Shown here piece after piece: positions 31,441 through 41,557 of a DNA stretch of 64,000 bases. Each line of letters opens with the position of its first letter. Position 1 is the first letter of the stretch. A program made the position numbers and the translations under genes. The stretch comes from Parcubacteria group bacterium M6-OD1-3 (GTDB lineage Bacteria; Patescibacteriota; Minisyncoccia; Moranbacterales; UBA9337). Under the pieces are notes generated by a model. It was not told where the DNA came from. It saw only the letters and a list, made by a program, of their open reading frames with translations, and did no database searches. Location of the stretch: positions 70,408 through 134,407 of the forward strand of contig LSNR01000014.1 in the NCBI GenBank assembly GCA_003056165.1. The letters run 5' to 3'.

Positions 31441-32937
31441 ATGAAATATTATTCTAAAAATAAAAAAGGTTCAATGTTAGCATATGCTCTCATCGTGATT
31501 TCAATTGTCAGTATTCTTTTAACATCCTCGATGAAAATAGTCGTGTCGCATATGAAGTATGGGCTAACAAGAGCTTCACAGGAAGAATCTTTGCAGATTG
31601 CTGAAGCAGGAATTTATTTTTATCGTTGGTACTTGGCACATAAGGTTGAGGGTTTAACAAAAAAACAAGTCCGAGTATTTTGGTCATCGGGAAATGCTTA
31701 TGGAGTGGATAGTGCTTATGAGGATGATTTCAATGGAGTAGGAAAATATAGTATTACTGTTACGCCACCAGAAGCAAACTCGACTATTGTTGTAGTTAAA
31801 TCTGTTGGTTGGAGTTATAAATATCCAAATATCAAAAGGACAGTACAAGTTCGTTTTCGACAACCTTCCTGGAGTGAATTTTCTGTTTTATGCGATTCCA
31901 ATATTCGTTTTGGAGCGGGAACTGAAGTCAATGGACCAATTCATAGTAATGGCGGAATTAGATTTGACGGTTTAGCTCATAATATTATAAGTAGTTCTGT
32001 GCAAAGTTATAATGACACAGATTCTGACGCTTGCAATGGAAATAATGAATTCGGTGTGCACACTTGTTTGCCTACTGCTGATCCAGCTTACCCAAATCCT
32101 GTCCCGAGTAGACCAGATGTTTTTGAGGCCGGAAGAACATTTCCAACTGTGGAAAAAGATTTTGATGGGGTTTTAGCTGATATTGCCGATATGAAAAATG
32201 AAGCCGGATGTTCTAATGTAGGTAGCTATTGTAGTAGTGATCATATTGTTGCTACAAACGGGATTTATTTTAATAATAGTGGTGTCGGTAGACATATTCA
32301 ATTGCAAGCTGATGGGAATTTTAGGATACGAACTATTCAATCGTATAATACTATCTTTAACAATATTGTTAATTATTCTGGTTCATGGCAAACATTTGCC
32401 ATCCCTGATGGGGGAATAATATTCGTAGAGGATAATGTTTGGGTAGAAGGAAAAATTAATAATAAAAGTGTAACAATTGTTTCGGCAGATCTTTCTGGAG
32501 GCTCAGATAGAAATATTTTTTTGCAAAATGATTTAGAATACACTAATTATGACGGGAGTGATATAATAGGATTGATTGCACAAGGTGATGTTGAAGTTAT
32601 TAAAGATAGTGAAAATGATTTGAGAATTGATGCCGCACTATTAGCTCAAAACGGGAGAGTGGGGCGAGAATATTATTCGCTGGTGTCATGGGGCTGGTTT
32701 GGCTGGGGAACATGTCCTTGTAATTGGTCATGGTGTGAAGATCATAAAGATACCATTACAGTTTATGGATCAATTGCTACTAAAAAAAGATATGGTTTTG
32801 CTTGGGGCGATGGTTGTCCAAGAAGCACTGGCTACACTAATAGAATTTTAATATATGATAATAATTTGCTATATTATCCTCCACCATATTTTCCGACAGG
32901 AACAAATTACGCCATTGATCTTTGGAATGAATTATAA
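31441..32937 (+). CDS. Large PilX-like pseudopilin (498 aa)
   Basis: KKG|SMLAYALIVISIVSILL hydrophobic N-terminus with no E at +5, and a large Cys-containing extracellular domain. Confidence 0.5.
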   Translation: MKYYSKNKKGSMLAYALIVISIVSILLTSSMKIVVSHMKYGLTRASQEESLQIAEAGIYFYRWYLAHKVEGLTKKQVRVFWSSGNAYGVDSAYEDDFNGVGKYSITVTPPEANSTIVVVKSVGWSYKYPNIKRTVQVRFRQPSWSEFSVLCDSNIRFGAGTEVNGPIHSNGGIRFDGLAHNIISSSVQSYNDTDSDACNGNNEFGVHTCLPTADPAYPNPVPSRPDVFEAGRTFPTVEKDFDGVLADIADMKNEAGCSNVGSYCSSDHIVATNGIYFNNSGVGRHIQLQADGNFRIRTIQSYNTIFNNIVNYSGSWQTFAIPDGGIIFVEDNVWVEGKINNKSVTIVSADLSGGSDRNIFLQNDLEYTNYDGSDIIGLIAQGDVEVIKDSENDLRIDAALLAQNGRVGREYYSLVSWGWFGWGTCPCNWSWCEDHKDTITVYGSIATKKRYGFAWGDGCPRSTGYTNRILIYDNNLLYYPPPYFPTGTNYAIDLWNEL

Positions 32938-32955
32938 AAATAAAAAATATTAAAT

Positions 32956-34020
32956 ATGAGTTTTTTAAGTAAAAAAGTAGTAAGTTTTTCTGATGATGTT
33001 ATTGGATTGGACATAGGTGCAACATCTGTAAAAGCTATCCATCTAGAAGATGGAGTAATTAAAAATTATGGATTTAGAGACATCCCCAATAGTGTCATTG
33101 TAAATGGAAAAATTATTAATGAAAAAAAATTGTCTGAAATAGTGAATATTGTTATCAATGAAGCAAAACCTAACAAAATGAAAACTAAAAAAGTTATTTG
33201 TTCAATTTCAGAGTCAAAATCATTTTTGCGCTTAATTTCTGTGCCAACAATGAATCAAGATGAATTAAGTGAAGCTGTAAAATGGGAAATAGAAGCAAAT
33301 ATTCCACTTTCGGTAGATCAAGTATATTATGATTGGAAAGTTATTGATGATATTTTTCCTAAAGATGACGGAAGGGTACATATTCTAGTTTTAGCAGCTG
33401 CTAAAAAAGTTGTTAAGCAAGTTTTAAATATCGTTGATAATGCTGGACTTGAGACTATTGGAATTGAATCTGAATCTACTGCATTGGTGCGAGCTTTGTC
33501 GGATGATAAGAATAAAAAAACAGTTTTAATTATTGAGTTGGGAAGAAATAAAACAACTTTTGTTTTTGCTATTAAAAATGTTCCTTGTTTTACCTCAAGC
33601 ATACCAGTTTCTGAACAAATGATTGTGAGTCAAATAGCTAAAAAGTTTAATGTTTCTAATGAAAAGGCAAGAAAACTTGAAGAGAAAAATGGAATAAATT
33701 CATTTTTTGAAGATGAATATCTTTTTTCTTCGATAGAGCCAGCCCTAAAAAATCTTGTTAGTGAAATAGAAAAAACTATAGATTTCTATCTAGAAGGTTT
33801 GAGATATTCAGAGGCAGTTGATGAAATAATTGTTTGTGGAAAAATGTCAAAAGAAAAAAATGTTATTACATATTTGTCAAAAAAATTAAAGAGAGAAATT
33901 AAGGTTGGAAATATATTAGCTGGGCTAAATTCTGATAAAAAAGTATTACCAATTATAAAAAGAGAGGTTGCGATACAATACGCAACAGCAATTGGACTAA
34001 CATTAGATTGCAATGAATAA
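32956..34020 (+). CDS. PilM paralog (second copy)
   Basis: VIGLDIGATSVKAIHLEDG actin-like N-terminus. Length 354 aa. Confidence 0.75.
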   Translation: MSFLSKKVVSFSDDVIGLDIGATSVKAIHLEDGVIKNYGFRDIPNSVIVNGKIINEKKLSEIVNIVINEAKPNKMKTKKVICSISESKSFLRLISVPTMNQDELSEAVKWEIEANIPLSVDQVYYDWKVIDDIFPKDDGRVHILVLAAAKKVVKQVLNIVDNAGLETIGIESESTALVRALSDDKNKKTVLIIELGRNKTTFVFAIKNVPCFTSSIPVSEQMIVSQIAKKFNVSNEKARKLEEKNGINSFFEDEYLFSSIEPALKNLVSEIEKTIDFYLEGLRYSEAVDEIIVCGKMSKEKNVITYLSKKLKREIKVGNILAGLNSDKKVLPIIKREVAIQYATAIGLTLDCNE

Positions 34021-34052
34021 ATATTAAAATTTTATTATAGATAAAAAGTAAA

Positions 34053-34613
34053 ATGAAAATAAAATTAAATCTTTTGCCCGAGAAAAGAGTAAAAGAGATG
34101 AAAAAAAAGAATATCTTGAGATTTGTAATCTGGCAAGAAATAGTGGTTATTTTTATGGTGGGAATGTTTCTTGTTATGATTAAGAGTGCTGATGTTGTAA
34201 TAAATTTGCGATTAAGTAGCTTAGATCAACAACTTTCATCCCTGAAGCTAGGAAGTGATTTTAAAAAAATAGATAAATATGAAAGTAATTTTCGCGGTGT
34301 AAATAAAAAACTTTTTTTAGTTGAGAAAGTGCAACGAGATAATATTGATTGGTTGAATATTTTTAATGATATAAATGACGCCGTTCCTGATGGTATAACA
34401 ATTGATTCGCTAGAGAATAACAATCATACAGTATCGATGACGGGAATAGCAACAACAAGGGATCGTTTAATAGTATTAAAAGGCAACCTTGATAAAATAG
34501 ACTGTTTTACAAAAGTTAATGTACCATTAAATGATATTGTTTTAAAAAAAAATATTGATTTTCAAATAGATTTTAAAGTAATCAATAAATGTTTATCAGA
34601 TTATGAAAAATAA
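34053..34613 (+). CDS. PilN-like paralog
   Basis: Basic N-terminus plus one TM helix (VVIFMVGMFLVMI), positioned after the PilM paralog. Confidence 0.5.
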   Translation: MKIKLNLLPEKRVKEMKKKNILRFVIWQEIVVIFMVGMFLVMIKSADVVINLRLSSLDQQLSSLKLGSDFKKIDKYESNFRGVNKKLFLVEKVQRDNIDWLNIFNDINDAVPDGITIDSLENNNHTVSMTGIATTRDRLIVLKGNLDKIDCFTKVNVPLNDIVLKKNIDFQIDFKVINKCLSDYEK

Positions 34614-35295
34614 AAATTTATTTATACAATATAAAATATATTTTATTGGAGGTGGATTGCTAATTTTAATCGTGGCTATGGTTTTTTTAGTCGTTAAACC
34701 AGCATTTAACAAGCTCAATAATGATAGCGATGCCGTACAAAAAAAAGCTTTAGATATGCAAATTGAGAAAAGTAAATTATCCAAATTATCGGAGCTTAGG
34801 CAAAAATTTAGCATTATTGAATCCGAGCAGGATAAATTAGATATTTTATTTACTGATGATAAAATTGTTGATTTAGTCCAAGAATTGGAATATGTAGCTG
34901 ACAAAACGAATAATGATATTTCGATTAAAATTGAAGAATTAGTCAAGAAGAAAAAGAATGGGCAGTTAAAAAATACGCTAGAAGATGATTCACTTACTAA
35001 TTTTAAAGATGAAGATTATTTTGAAATGGAAATAAGTTTAACAGGAAATTACGAAAATTTATTACGATTTATCCATAAACTCGATAATATGCCATATTAT
35101 AATAGTTTGTTAAAATTCAATATTACTGTTACCGAAATTGATGTTAAAAATGATAAAAAAACAATTATGCCAAATAATATTAGTATTAATTTATTCAACG
35201 GAAACAAAATTAACAATAGCAGTCAAGATGTCCCAGAAAATAAGAAAAAAGTCTTACAGTCTAAATTAAGTGTAATTTTTTATTTAAATAAATGA
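34603..35295 (+). CDS. PilO-like paralog
   Basis: TM helix (IGGGLLILIVAMVFLVV) followed by a coiled coil. Confidence 0.45.
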   Translation: MKNKNLFIQYKIYFIGGGLLILIVAMVFLVVKPAFNKLNNDSDAVQKKALDMQIEKSKLSKLSELRQKFSIIESEQDKLDILFTDDKIVDLVQELEYVADKTNNDISIKIEELVKKKKNGQLKNTLEDDSLTNFKDEDYFEMEISLTGNYENLLRFIHKLDNMPYYNSLLKFNITVTEIDVKNDKKTIMPNNISINLFNGNKINNSSQDVPENKKKVLQSKLSVIFYLNK

Positions 35296-35633
35296 GTACT
35301 CAAAAAACAAAAAATAATATAGCTAGTCTTTTCAAATTAGCTAAATTGAAAATTACAAAATCATTGTGGAATTATTTGTTTAGAAAATCTGGATCGATCG
35401 TGATGACTTTGTTTATTGTAATTTCAATTGTTAGCGGTTTTCTTATCTATAAATATCTTTATTCTTCTGGATGGAACGACACCAAAAAACATAACTATTT
35501 AAAAGAGGCGAGCAAAAATGATGTTGACTTTAATATGAAAAAATTCGAAAAAGTTATTAAAAATATAGAAAAGAGAACTAATAATTATAAAAAAACAGAG
35601 CCATCGGAAGTAAAAGATATTTTTCGGTTTTAA
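35292..35633 (+). CDS. Small single-TM protein, last gene of the second pilus-like operon
   Basis: 113 aa with one TM helix; translationally coupled to the upstream gene. Confidence 0.4.
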   Translation: MSTQKTKNNIASLFKLAKLKITKSLWNYLFRKSGSIVMTLFIVISIVSGFLIYKYLYSSGWNDTKKHNYLKEASKNDVDFNMKKFEKVIKNIEKRTNNYKKTEPSEVKDIFRF

Positions 35634-35640
35634 AAATAAA

Positions 35641-35670
35641 AAACGACTTGAATTAAGTCGTTTTTTATTT
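35641..35670. terminator. Bidirectional hairpin terminator between the second pilus-like operon and the tRNA genes
   Basis: AAACGACTT-gaatt-AAGTCGTTTTTT. Confidence 0.55.
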
Positions 35671-35685
35671 TTGCCTATATTGATG

Positions 35686-35757
35686 TGCCCTCGCCAGGAC
35701 TCGAACCTGGAACGCTTGGTCCGAAGCCAAGTGTGATATCCATTTCACCACGGGGGC
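35686..35757 (-). tRNA. tRNA-Arg (anticodon UCG)
   Basis: The reverse complement folds as a cloverleaf with anticodon arm CTTGG-CTTCGGA-CCAAG and a GTTCGAGT T-loop. No encoded CCA. Confidence 0.8.
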
Positions 35758-35764
35758 GTTTTCT

Positions 35765-35838
35765 TGGGCGACTACTGGGAATTGAACCCAGGTTCTCGGT
35801 ACCACAAACCGATGTCCTACCATTGGACGATAGCCGCC
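35765..35838 (-). tRNA. tRNA-His (anticodon GUG) with an encoded G-1
   Basis: The reverse complement reads G-GCGGCTA…TCGGT-TTGTGGT-ACCGA…GGGTTCAATTCCC…TAGTCGC-C. G-1 pairs with C73. Confidence 0.8.
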
Positions 35839-36060
35839 ATAAATAATATCGTACCTTAAAAGATTATCATAAATAATTAAAAATATCAACACCATATGAT
35901 ATTCGGTATCCTTTTTTACAGAATTGCAGTAATTTTGTTTACAAAAAAATATTTATTTGATATAATTATTGTGAAGAAAATTTATTTAAAAATTTTGTTA
36001 AACTGAGTACTTAAATTTAAAAAGGCAATTTTAGATAAATTATAAAAATTATAAAATCCT

Positions 36061-36263
36061 TTGACGATAGCTATCACTATTGGACTGCCGTTTGTGTAGG
36101 GGATATGAGAAGAAATTTGCAATAGCAAAAAATAGAACTCATCGGGTATGCCCGTAACAGCTGTTAACGAGAGCTTTTTATTGGTTATGTGTCAAAAAGC
36201 TAAATTAAGGTGGTACCACGATTTTATTCGTCCTTAAACATTTTGTGTTTAAGGTTTTTTTGT
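36061..36263 (+). promoter_or_regulatory. T-box leader (tRNA-sensing riboswitch) with terminator, upstream of ileS
   Basis: AAAUUAAGGUGGUACCACG (36201-36220) matches the T-box consensus AAUUAGGGUGGNACCGCG. It is followed by the hairpin CCTTAAACA-ttttg-TGTTTAAGG and a T7 run at 36228-36263. Confidence 0.6.
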
Positions 36264-36287
36264 ATAAAAATTTAAAAGATTAAAGCT

Positions 36288-39200
36288 ATGTTTAAAAAAG
36301 TAGACTCAAGAAAAAAATATTCCGAAATGGAGGAGGAAATTTTAAAGTTTTGGGAAGAAAATAAAATTTTTGAAAAGTCAGTGGAAAACAGAGATAAAAA
36401 CAACACTTATGTTTTTTACGATGGGCCACCGTTTGCAACAGGGCTACCTCATTATGGACATATTGTCGGAACGGTTTTAAAAGATGTTATTCCAAGATAT
36501 TGGACAATGAAAGGAAAGCGAGTAGAGCGTCGTTGGGGTTGGGATTGTCACGGTTTGCCAATTGAAAATATTGTTGAAAAAGAACTAGGAAGCAAAACAA
36601 AAAAAGAAATTGAGGAATTGGGCGTAGATAAATTTAATAAACTTTGTCGAAGCAAAGTATTGGAATATGCTGGCGAGTGGGAAAAAATTATTCCACGCTT
36701 AGGTCGTTGGGTTGATATGAAAAATGCTTATCGGACAATGGATAAGGATTTTATGGAAAGTGTTTGGTGGACTTTTAAGCAGTTATGGGATAAAGATTTA
36801 ATTTATTATAGTTATCGTTCAATGCATATTTGTCCACGATGCGAAACAACATTGTCACAGTCAGAAGTTAGCGAGGGATACAAAGATGTGAAGGATTTGT
36901 CGGTGATTGCGAAGTTTGAGATTGAATCTGCAAGCAATAATAATGACATAAAAACCTATATTCTAGCATGGACTACAACTCCTTGGACACTTCCAGGAAA
37001 TGTTGCCTTGGCGGTGGGAAAAGATATTGATTATGTAAAAATTGAGAATAAAAGTGCAAGCTCTGCTGGAGCGGTAAAACATGCACCTGGAGAAAAGCTA
37101 ACTGACAAAATGCAGTTACCAGGGTTTTATATTATGTCTAAAAAAGCATTTTTGAATAATTTCGGTAATATTTGGGGTCTTATTATCGGAATTGATGCAG
37201 ATATGTCGTTGGTATTTTCAGAAAAGAAAACTGAGCAGGAAATTTTTAAAAAGTATAATATTGAGGAGCTAAAAGGTGCTGATTTAGTTGAATTAAAAAA
37301 ATATAAACCGCTTTGGGATATTTATGCTGATGATAAAAAATTGGAAAATAGAGAGAATGGATGGAAAATTTATGATGCTGATTTTGTGACGACCGACGAA
37401 GGAACTGGTGTGGTTCATATTGCTCCGGCGTTTGGTGAAGATGATATGAAGTTAGGCAAAGAGAAAAATTTACCATTTGTTCAGCATGTTGGAATGAACG
37501 GTGTGGTTGATAAAAAAGTAGAAGCAATCGGCGGTCTGAATGTTAAACCAATTGATAATCCACAAGCAACTGATATTGAAGTAATTAAATATTTAGCAAG
37601 CAAAGAAACATTGTTTCACAAAGAAAAATTTGAACACAGTTATCCACATTGCTGGCGTTGTGATACTCCACTTATCAATTATGCCACTGGTTCATGGTTT
37701 GTTGCTGTTACAAAAATTAAGGAACAACTATTGAAGGATGCTAAAGGTATTAACTGGACACCAGAACATATTAAAAAAGGTCGTTTTGGGAAATGGTTGG
37801 AAGGTGCGCGTGATTGGTCAATTTCTCGTCAACGATTTTGGGCAAGCGTAATGCCAATCTGGGTTTGCAATAAATGTGATCACAAAAAAGTTTTTGGTAA
37901 TGTTGTTGATTTAGAAAAAATTAGTGGAGAAAAAATTGATGATTTACACAAGCATAGCGTGGACAAAATTACTTTTAAATGTGATTCGCCAACTGGCGAA
38001 TGTAATGGAACAATGCATCGTGTGCCAGATGTTTTGGACACTTGGTTTGATAGCGGTTCAATGCCTTATGGTCAAACTCATTATCCTTTTGAAAATAAAG
38101 AGAAATTTGAAAAAAGCTTTCCAGCGGATTTTATTGCTGAAGGAATTGATCAAACACGAGCTTGGTTTTATTATCTACATATTATTGCTGGCGGAATTTT
38201 TAATCAAAAAGCTTTTAAAAATGTAATTGTTAATGGAATTGTTTTAGCGGAAGACGGACAAAAAATGGCCAAGAAGTTGCAGAATTATCCAGATCCGATG
38301 AGTATGGTAAATGAATATGGAGCAGATTCTTTGCGATTTTATTTAGCTCAATCGCCAGTAGTTAATGCCAATGATTTAAATTTCAATAAAAAAGATTTGG
38401 AAGAAATTTCTCGGGGAACTTTTCGAATGTTATGGCAGAGTTATAGCTTTTTTGTGATGTATGCCAATATTGATAAGTATAAAGTAGAAAATAATGAGTA
38501 TAAGGTAAGTGAAAATATTTTAGATAAGTGGCTTGTTTCTGAATTACATCAACTAATCAAAAATGTCGATGAACGATTAGAGAATTATGAGTTAATGCAA
38601 GCAACTAGATTATTTGCTCCATTTATTGATAATCTTTCTAATTGGTATATTCGTCGTAGTCGGAAAAGATTTTGGAAAAGTGAAAATGATAATGATAAAA
38701 ATAAGGCTTATGAAACTTTGCATTATGTGCTAGTAGAATTATCTAAAGTTATTGCTCCTTTTGCGCCGTTTATTGCTGACGAAATTTATCGTAATTTGGT
38801 TAGTGGTGCTCAGCCAGCAGTTCGCAGTGAAAACAAGGATATTTCTGTTCATTTGCAAGATTATCCTGTAGCTGATAAAAATTTGATTGATAAAGAGTTA
38901 AACAAAAAAATGAAAAAAATACGAGAAATTATTACTGTTGGTTTACAATTGCGAGCTAGAAATCAAGTAAAAGTTAGACAACCTTTGTCACAATTAAAGA
39001 TTGCAACAACACAGACTAATGCAAACTTAACGCGGACTGACACAAGCGAGCTACTAAATGATGAGTTTACTGAAATTATTAAAGAAGAATTGAATATTAA
39101 AAGTGTGGTGCAAGAGAATTTTAAATTTGATGATGTGGCAAAAGATATGGAGGAAGTTGGTGATATTAAAATTTTATTAGATACGGAAATTACCCCAGAG

Positions 39201-39467
39201 TTAAAATTGGAAGGAGAGGCAAGGGAGGTTATTCGGGCTATTCAGCAGATGCGTAAAGAAGCAGATTATCAACTTGACGACCGCATAAAAATATGCTATA
39301 GTGGAATGTCTGAGGTTTTTGAAAATTATAGCGACCTAGTCGCTAAAGAAACTTTAGCAATTGAAATAGAACCTTTACAAAATAATTTAGATCAAAAATT
39401 CGATTTGAAAAAAGAGTTTGAATTTGATAAAGAAAACTTAAGTTTGGCAATAAAAATCGCAGAATAA
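36288..39467 (+). CDS. ileS: Isoleucyl-tRNA synthetase
   Basis: HIGH motif (PPFATGLPHYGHI), KMSKS-like KMAKKL, a CP1 editing domain and Zn motifs. Length 1059 aa. Confidence 0.93.
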   Translation: MFKKVDSRKKYSEMEEEILKFWEENKIFEKSVENRDKNNTYVFYDGPPFATGLPHYGHIVGTVLKDVIPRYWTMKGKRVERRWGWDCHGLPIENIVEKELGSKTKKEIEELGVDKFNKLCRSKVLEYAGEWEKIIPRLGRWVDMKNAYRTMDKDFMESVWWTFKQLWDKDLIYYSYRSMHICPRCETTLSQSEVSEGYKDVKDLSVIAKFEIESASNNNDIKTYILAWTTTPWTLPGNVALAVGKDIDYVKIENKSASSAGAVKHAPGEKLTDKMQLPGFYIMSKKAFLNNFGNIWGLIIGIDADMSLVFSEKKTEQEIFKKYNIEELKGADLVELKKYKPLWDIYADDKKLENRENGWKIYDADFVTTDEGTGVVHIAPAFGEDDMKLGKEKNLPFVQHVGMNGVVDKKVEAIGGLNVKPIDNPQATDIEVIKYLASKETLFHKEKFEHSYPHCWRCDTPLINYATGSWFVAVTKIKEQLLKDAKGINWTPEHIKKGRFGKWLEGARDWSISRQRFWASVMPIWVCNKCDHKKVFGNVVDLEKISGEKIDDLHKHSVDKITFKCDSPTGECNGTMHRVPDVLDTWFDSGSMPYGQTHYPFENKEKFEKSFPADFIAEGIDQTRAWFYYLHIIAGGIFNQKAFKNVIVNGIVLAEDGQKMAKKLQNYPDPMSMVNEYGADSLRFYLAQSPVVNANDLNFNKKDLEEISRGTFRMLWQSYSFFVMYANIDKYKVENNEYKVSENILDKWLVSELHQLIKNVDERLENYELMQATRLFAPFIDNLSNWYIRRSRKRFWKSENDNDKNKAYETLHYVLVELSKVIAPFAPFIADEIYRNLVSGAQPAVRSENKDISVHLQDYPVADKNLIDKELNKKMKKIREIITVGLQLRARNQVKVRQPLSQLKIATTQTNANLTRTDTSELLNDEFTEIIKEELNIKSVVQENFKFDDVAKDMEEVGDIKILLDTEITPELKLEGEAREVIRAIQQMRKEADYQLDDRIKICYSGMSEVFENYSDLVAKETLAIEIEPLQNNLDQKFDLKKEFEFDKENLSLAIKIAE

Positions 39468-39576
39468 CTTTACCTCAAAAAGCACCATCACTGCAAATGT
39501 TTGTAAAAATTTATAAATATTTGTGGTGATGGTGAAGAAATAAAAAAAAAGCGGAAATTGTCCGCGAGGAGGGGAT

Positions 39577-39966
39577 ATGAAATATATTGTGATATGGATG
39601 ATGATGTATGTCATCATTCAGATGTTTTTGTTTTCTGCTGATAAAATTTCTCCGTCTGGTGGAGACAAAGTTAAAAGGGAGAAAAAAATGACGGAAATTT
39701 ACCTAGAAATGTGGGCAAGTACAGTAGCTTTGTTTTTGGCGACTGAAGTTGTCCGCAATTTTTCTTTTGTGAAACTGAAAAGTTTCGCGAAAAAAATTTG
39801 GAATGATTTCTTGTGGTTTATTGAAAATCACGAGGAGTGTCCGGAATGTGGAAGTCAGGAGTACTCAATTGTAGTACTACCAGAACTTCCACATCCGATG
39901 TATTGGGATAGCAGTTATATTCCAATGGCACGAAAAAAATGTAAAAAATGCGGAACGATTTATTGA
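39577..39966 (+). CDS. Hypothetical protein with a C-terminal CxxC…CxxC zinc ribbon
   Basis: Strong SD (GAGGAGGGG), then a hydrophobic N-terminus and ECPECG…CKKCG. Confidence 0.45.
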   Translation: MKYIVIWMMMYVIIQMFLFSADKISPSGGDKVKREKKMTEIYLEMWASTVALFLATEVVRNFSFVKLKSFAKKIWNDFLWFIENHEECPECGSQEYSIVVLPELPHPMYWDSSYIPMARKKCKKCGTIY

Positions 39967-40129
39967 GGCTAAATCGTTCCGCAAAAAACCGAGGACAACC
40001 ATTGTGTTGTACTCGGTTTTAAATTTGTTTAATAAATACTCCGGTTTTTTTACCTCGAAAATTAGAAATCTTGCAATGCTTGTCTGGTGGGCAGGAATGA
40101 CTTTCTAAAACAGTCTATTGATTAGCCTG

Positions 40130-40151
40130 GTAACGTACCATGGTACGTTAC
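40130..40151. promoter_or_regulatory. 22-bp perfect palindrome GTAACGTACCATGGTACGTTAC, upstream of proS
   Basis: Exact dyad centred on CCATGG, about 140 bp upstream of the proS ATG. Confidence 0.4.
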
Positions 40152-40291
40152 TTAGTCTTTGCAGTGGAATTTGTTTTTGAACAATATCTAATCTTTTTAA
40201 CTGATGGTTTGACTTAAAACCTCTTTTGAAATATTATTAGGTTAAATAGATAGAAAATTTTACAATCGTTATCAAAAAATAATAAATTTAT

Positions 40292-41557
40292 ATGAAGCAA
40301 TCAAAATTATTTACTAAAACGCAAAAATTTGCTCCGAAAGATGAAATTTCAAAAAATGCACAACTTTTGATTCGTGCTGGCTTTGCACATAAAGAGATGG
40401 CGGGAGTTTATTCATTTTTACCTCTAGGTTTACGCGTGATTGAAAAAATTTCTGAAATTATTAAAGTAGAAATGGACGCTATAGGTGGAATGCAAATGAA
40501 AAATTCTGCTTTGCAAGTACAAAATGTTTGGGAAAAAACAAATCGTTGGGATGATGCTGTAGTAGATAATTGGTTTAAAACGGAATTGAAAAACGGAACA
40601 AAAGTTGGGCTTGCTTTTACTCACGAAGAAGCAATGACCAATTTAATGAAAAATTTTGTTTCTTCTTATAAAGATTTACCAGCTTATCCTTATGATATTC
40701 GAACAATGTTTCGCAATGAAACACGAGCTAAGTCTGGATTGATGCGAGGACGAGAATTTTATTGGAAAGCTCTATACTCTTTTTCTATTGATGAAGCACA
40801 ACATAATGAATTTTATGAGCGAGCTAAAAAATCTTATCAAAAAATTTATAAGAATGTTGGTTTAGGTGCTAAAACTTATTTAACTTTTGCTAGCGGTGGA
40901 ACATTTTCTAAATATTCTCATGAATTTCAAACTATTTCCGAAGCAGGAGAGGATATAATTTATGTTGATGAAGAAAAAAATATAGCAATCAACAAAGAAG
41001 TTTTGACCGACGAAGTTTTGTCTGATTTGAATGTCAATAAGGATAATTTAAAAGAAACTAAAGCAATTGAAGTTGGCAATATTTTTTCACTAGGTACAAA
41101 ATTTTCTGAGCCGATTGGTTTAACTTATAAAAATAAAGATGGAAAAGAGAAAAAGGTTTTTATGGGCAGTTATGGAATTGGTATTGGACGCTTAATGGGG
41201 ACTATTGTAGAAGTGTTTGCTGATGATAAGGGCATTGTTTGGCCGGAAAGTGTAGCGCCGTTTAAAATACACTTATTAGTACTCGGTACTCAGTCGGTAG
41301 TTCGCAGTCAGGCTGATGAACTTTATAGGAAGTTACAGGAGGCTGGGGTGGAAGTATTATATGACGAAAGAGATATTCAACCGGGGCAAAAATTTGCTGA
41401 TTCAGATTTGATTGGTATTCCATATCGAGTGGTAATTTCTGAGCGTTCATTGAAAGATGGTGGTGTAGAATTAAAAAAACGAAATGAAGAAAAAGGTAAA
41501 ATTGTTAAAATAAAAAATTTATTAGAAAATAAAAAATATGCAAGAAATAATAATTAG
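40292..41557 (+). CDS. proS: Prolyl-tRNA synthetase (short form lacking the INS editing domain)
   Basis: QLLIRAGF…GVYSFLPLGLRVI is the class II ProRS N-terminus. At 421 aa it is much shorter than the bacterial ProRS that carry the INS editing domain. Confidence 0.88.
   Translation: MKQSKLFTKTQKFAPKDEISKNAQLLIRAGFAHKEMAGVYSFLPLGLRVIEKISEIIKVEMDAIGGMQMKNSALQVQNVWEKTNRWDDAVVDNWFKTELKNGTKVGLAFTHEEAMTNLMKNFVSSYKDLPAYPYDIRTMFRNETRAKSGLMRGREFYWKALYSFSIDEAQHNEFYERAKKSYQKIYKNVGLGAKTYLTFASGGTFSKYSHEFQTISEAGEDIIYVDEEKNIAINKEVLTDEVLSDLNVNKDNLKETKAIEVGNIFSLGTKFSEPIGLTYKNKDGKEKKVFMGSYGIGIGRLMGTIVEVFADDKGIVWPESVAPFKIHLLVLGTQSVVRSQADELYRKLQEAGVEVLYDERDIQPGQKFADSDLIGIPYRVVISERSLKDGGVELKKRNEEKGKIVKIKNLLENKKYARNNN

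Noticed and set aside
35665-35895. 76-aa ORF on the minus strand
   Set aside because: It overlaps two clear tRNA genes (Arg and His). The tRNAs explain the sequence, so this is spurious.
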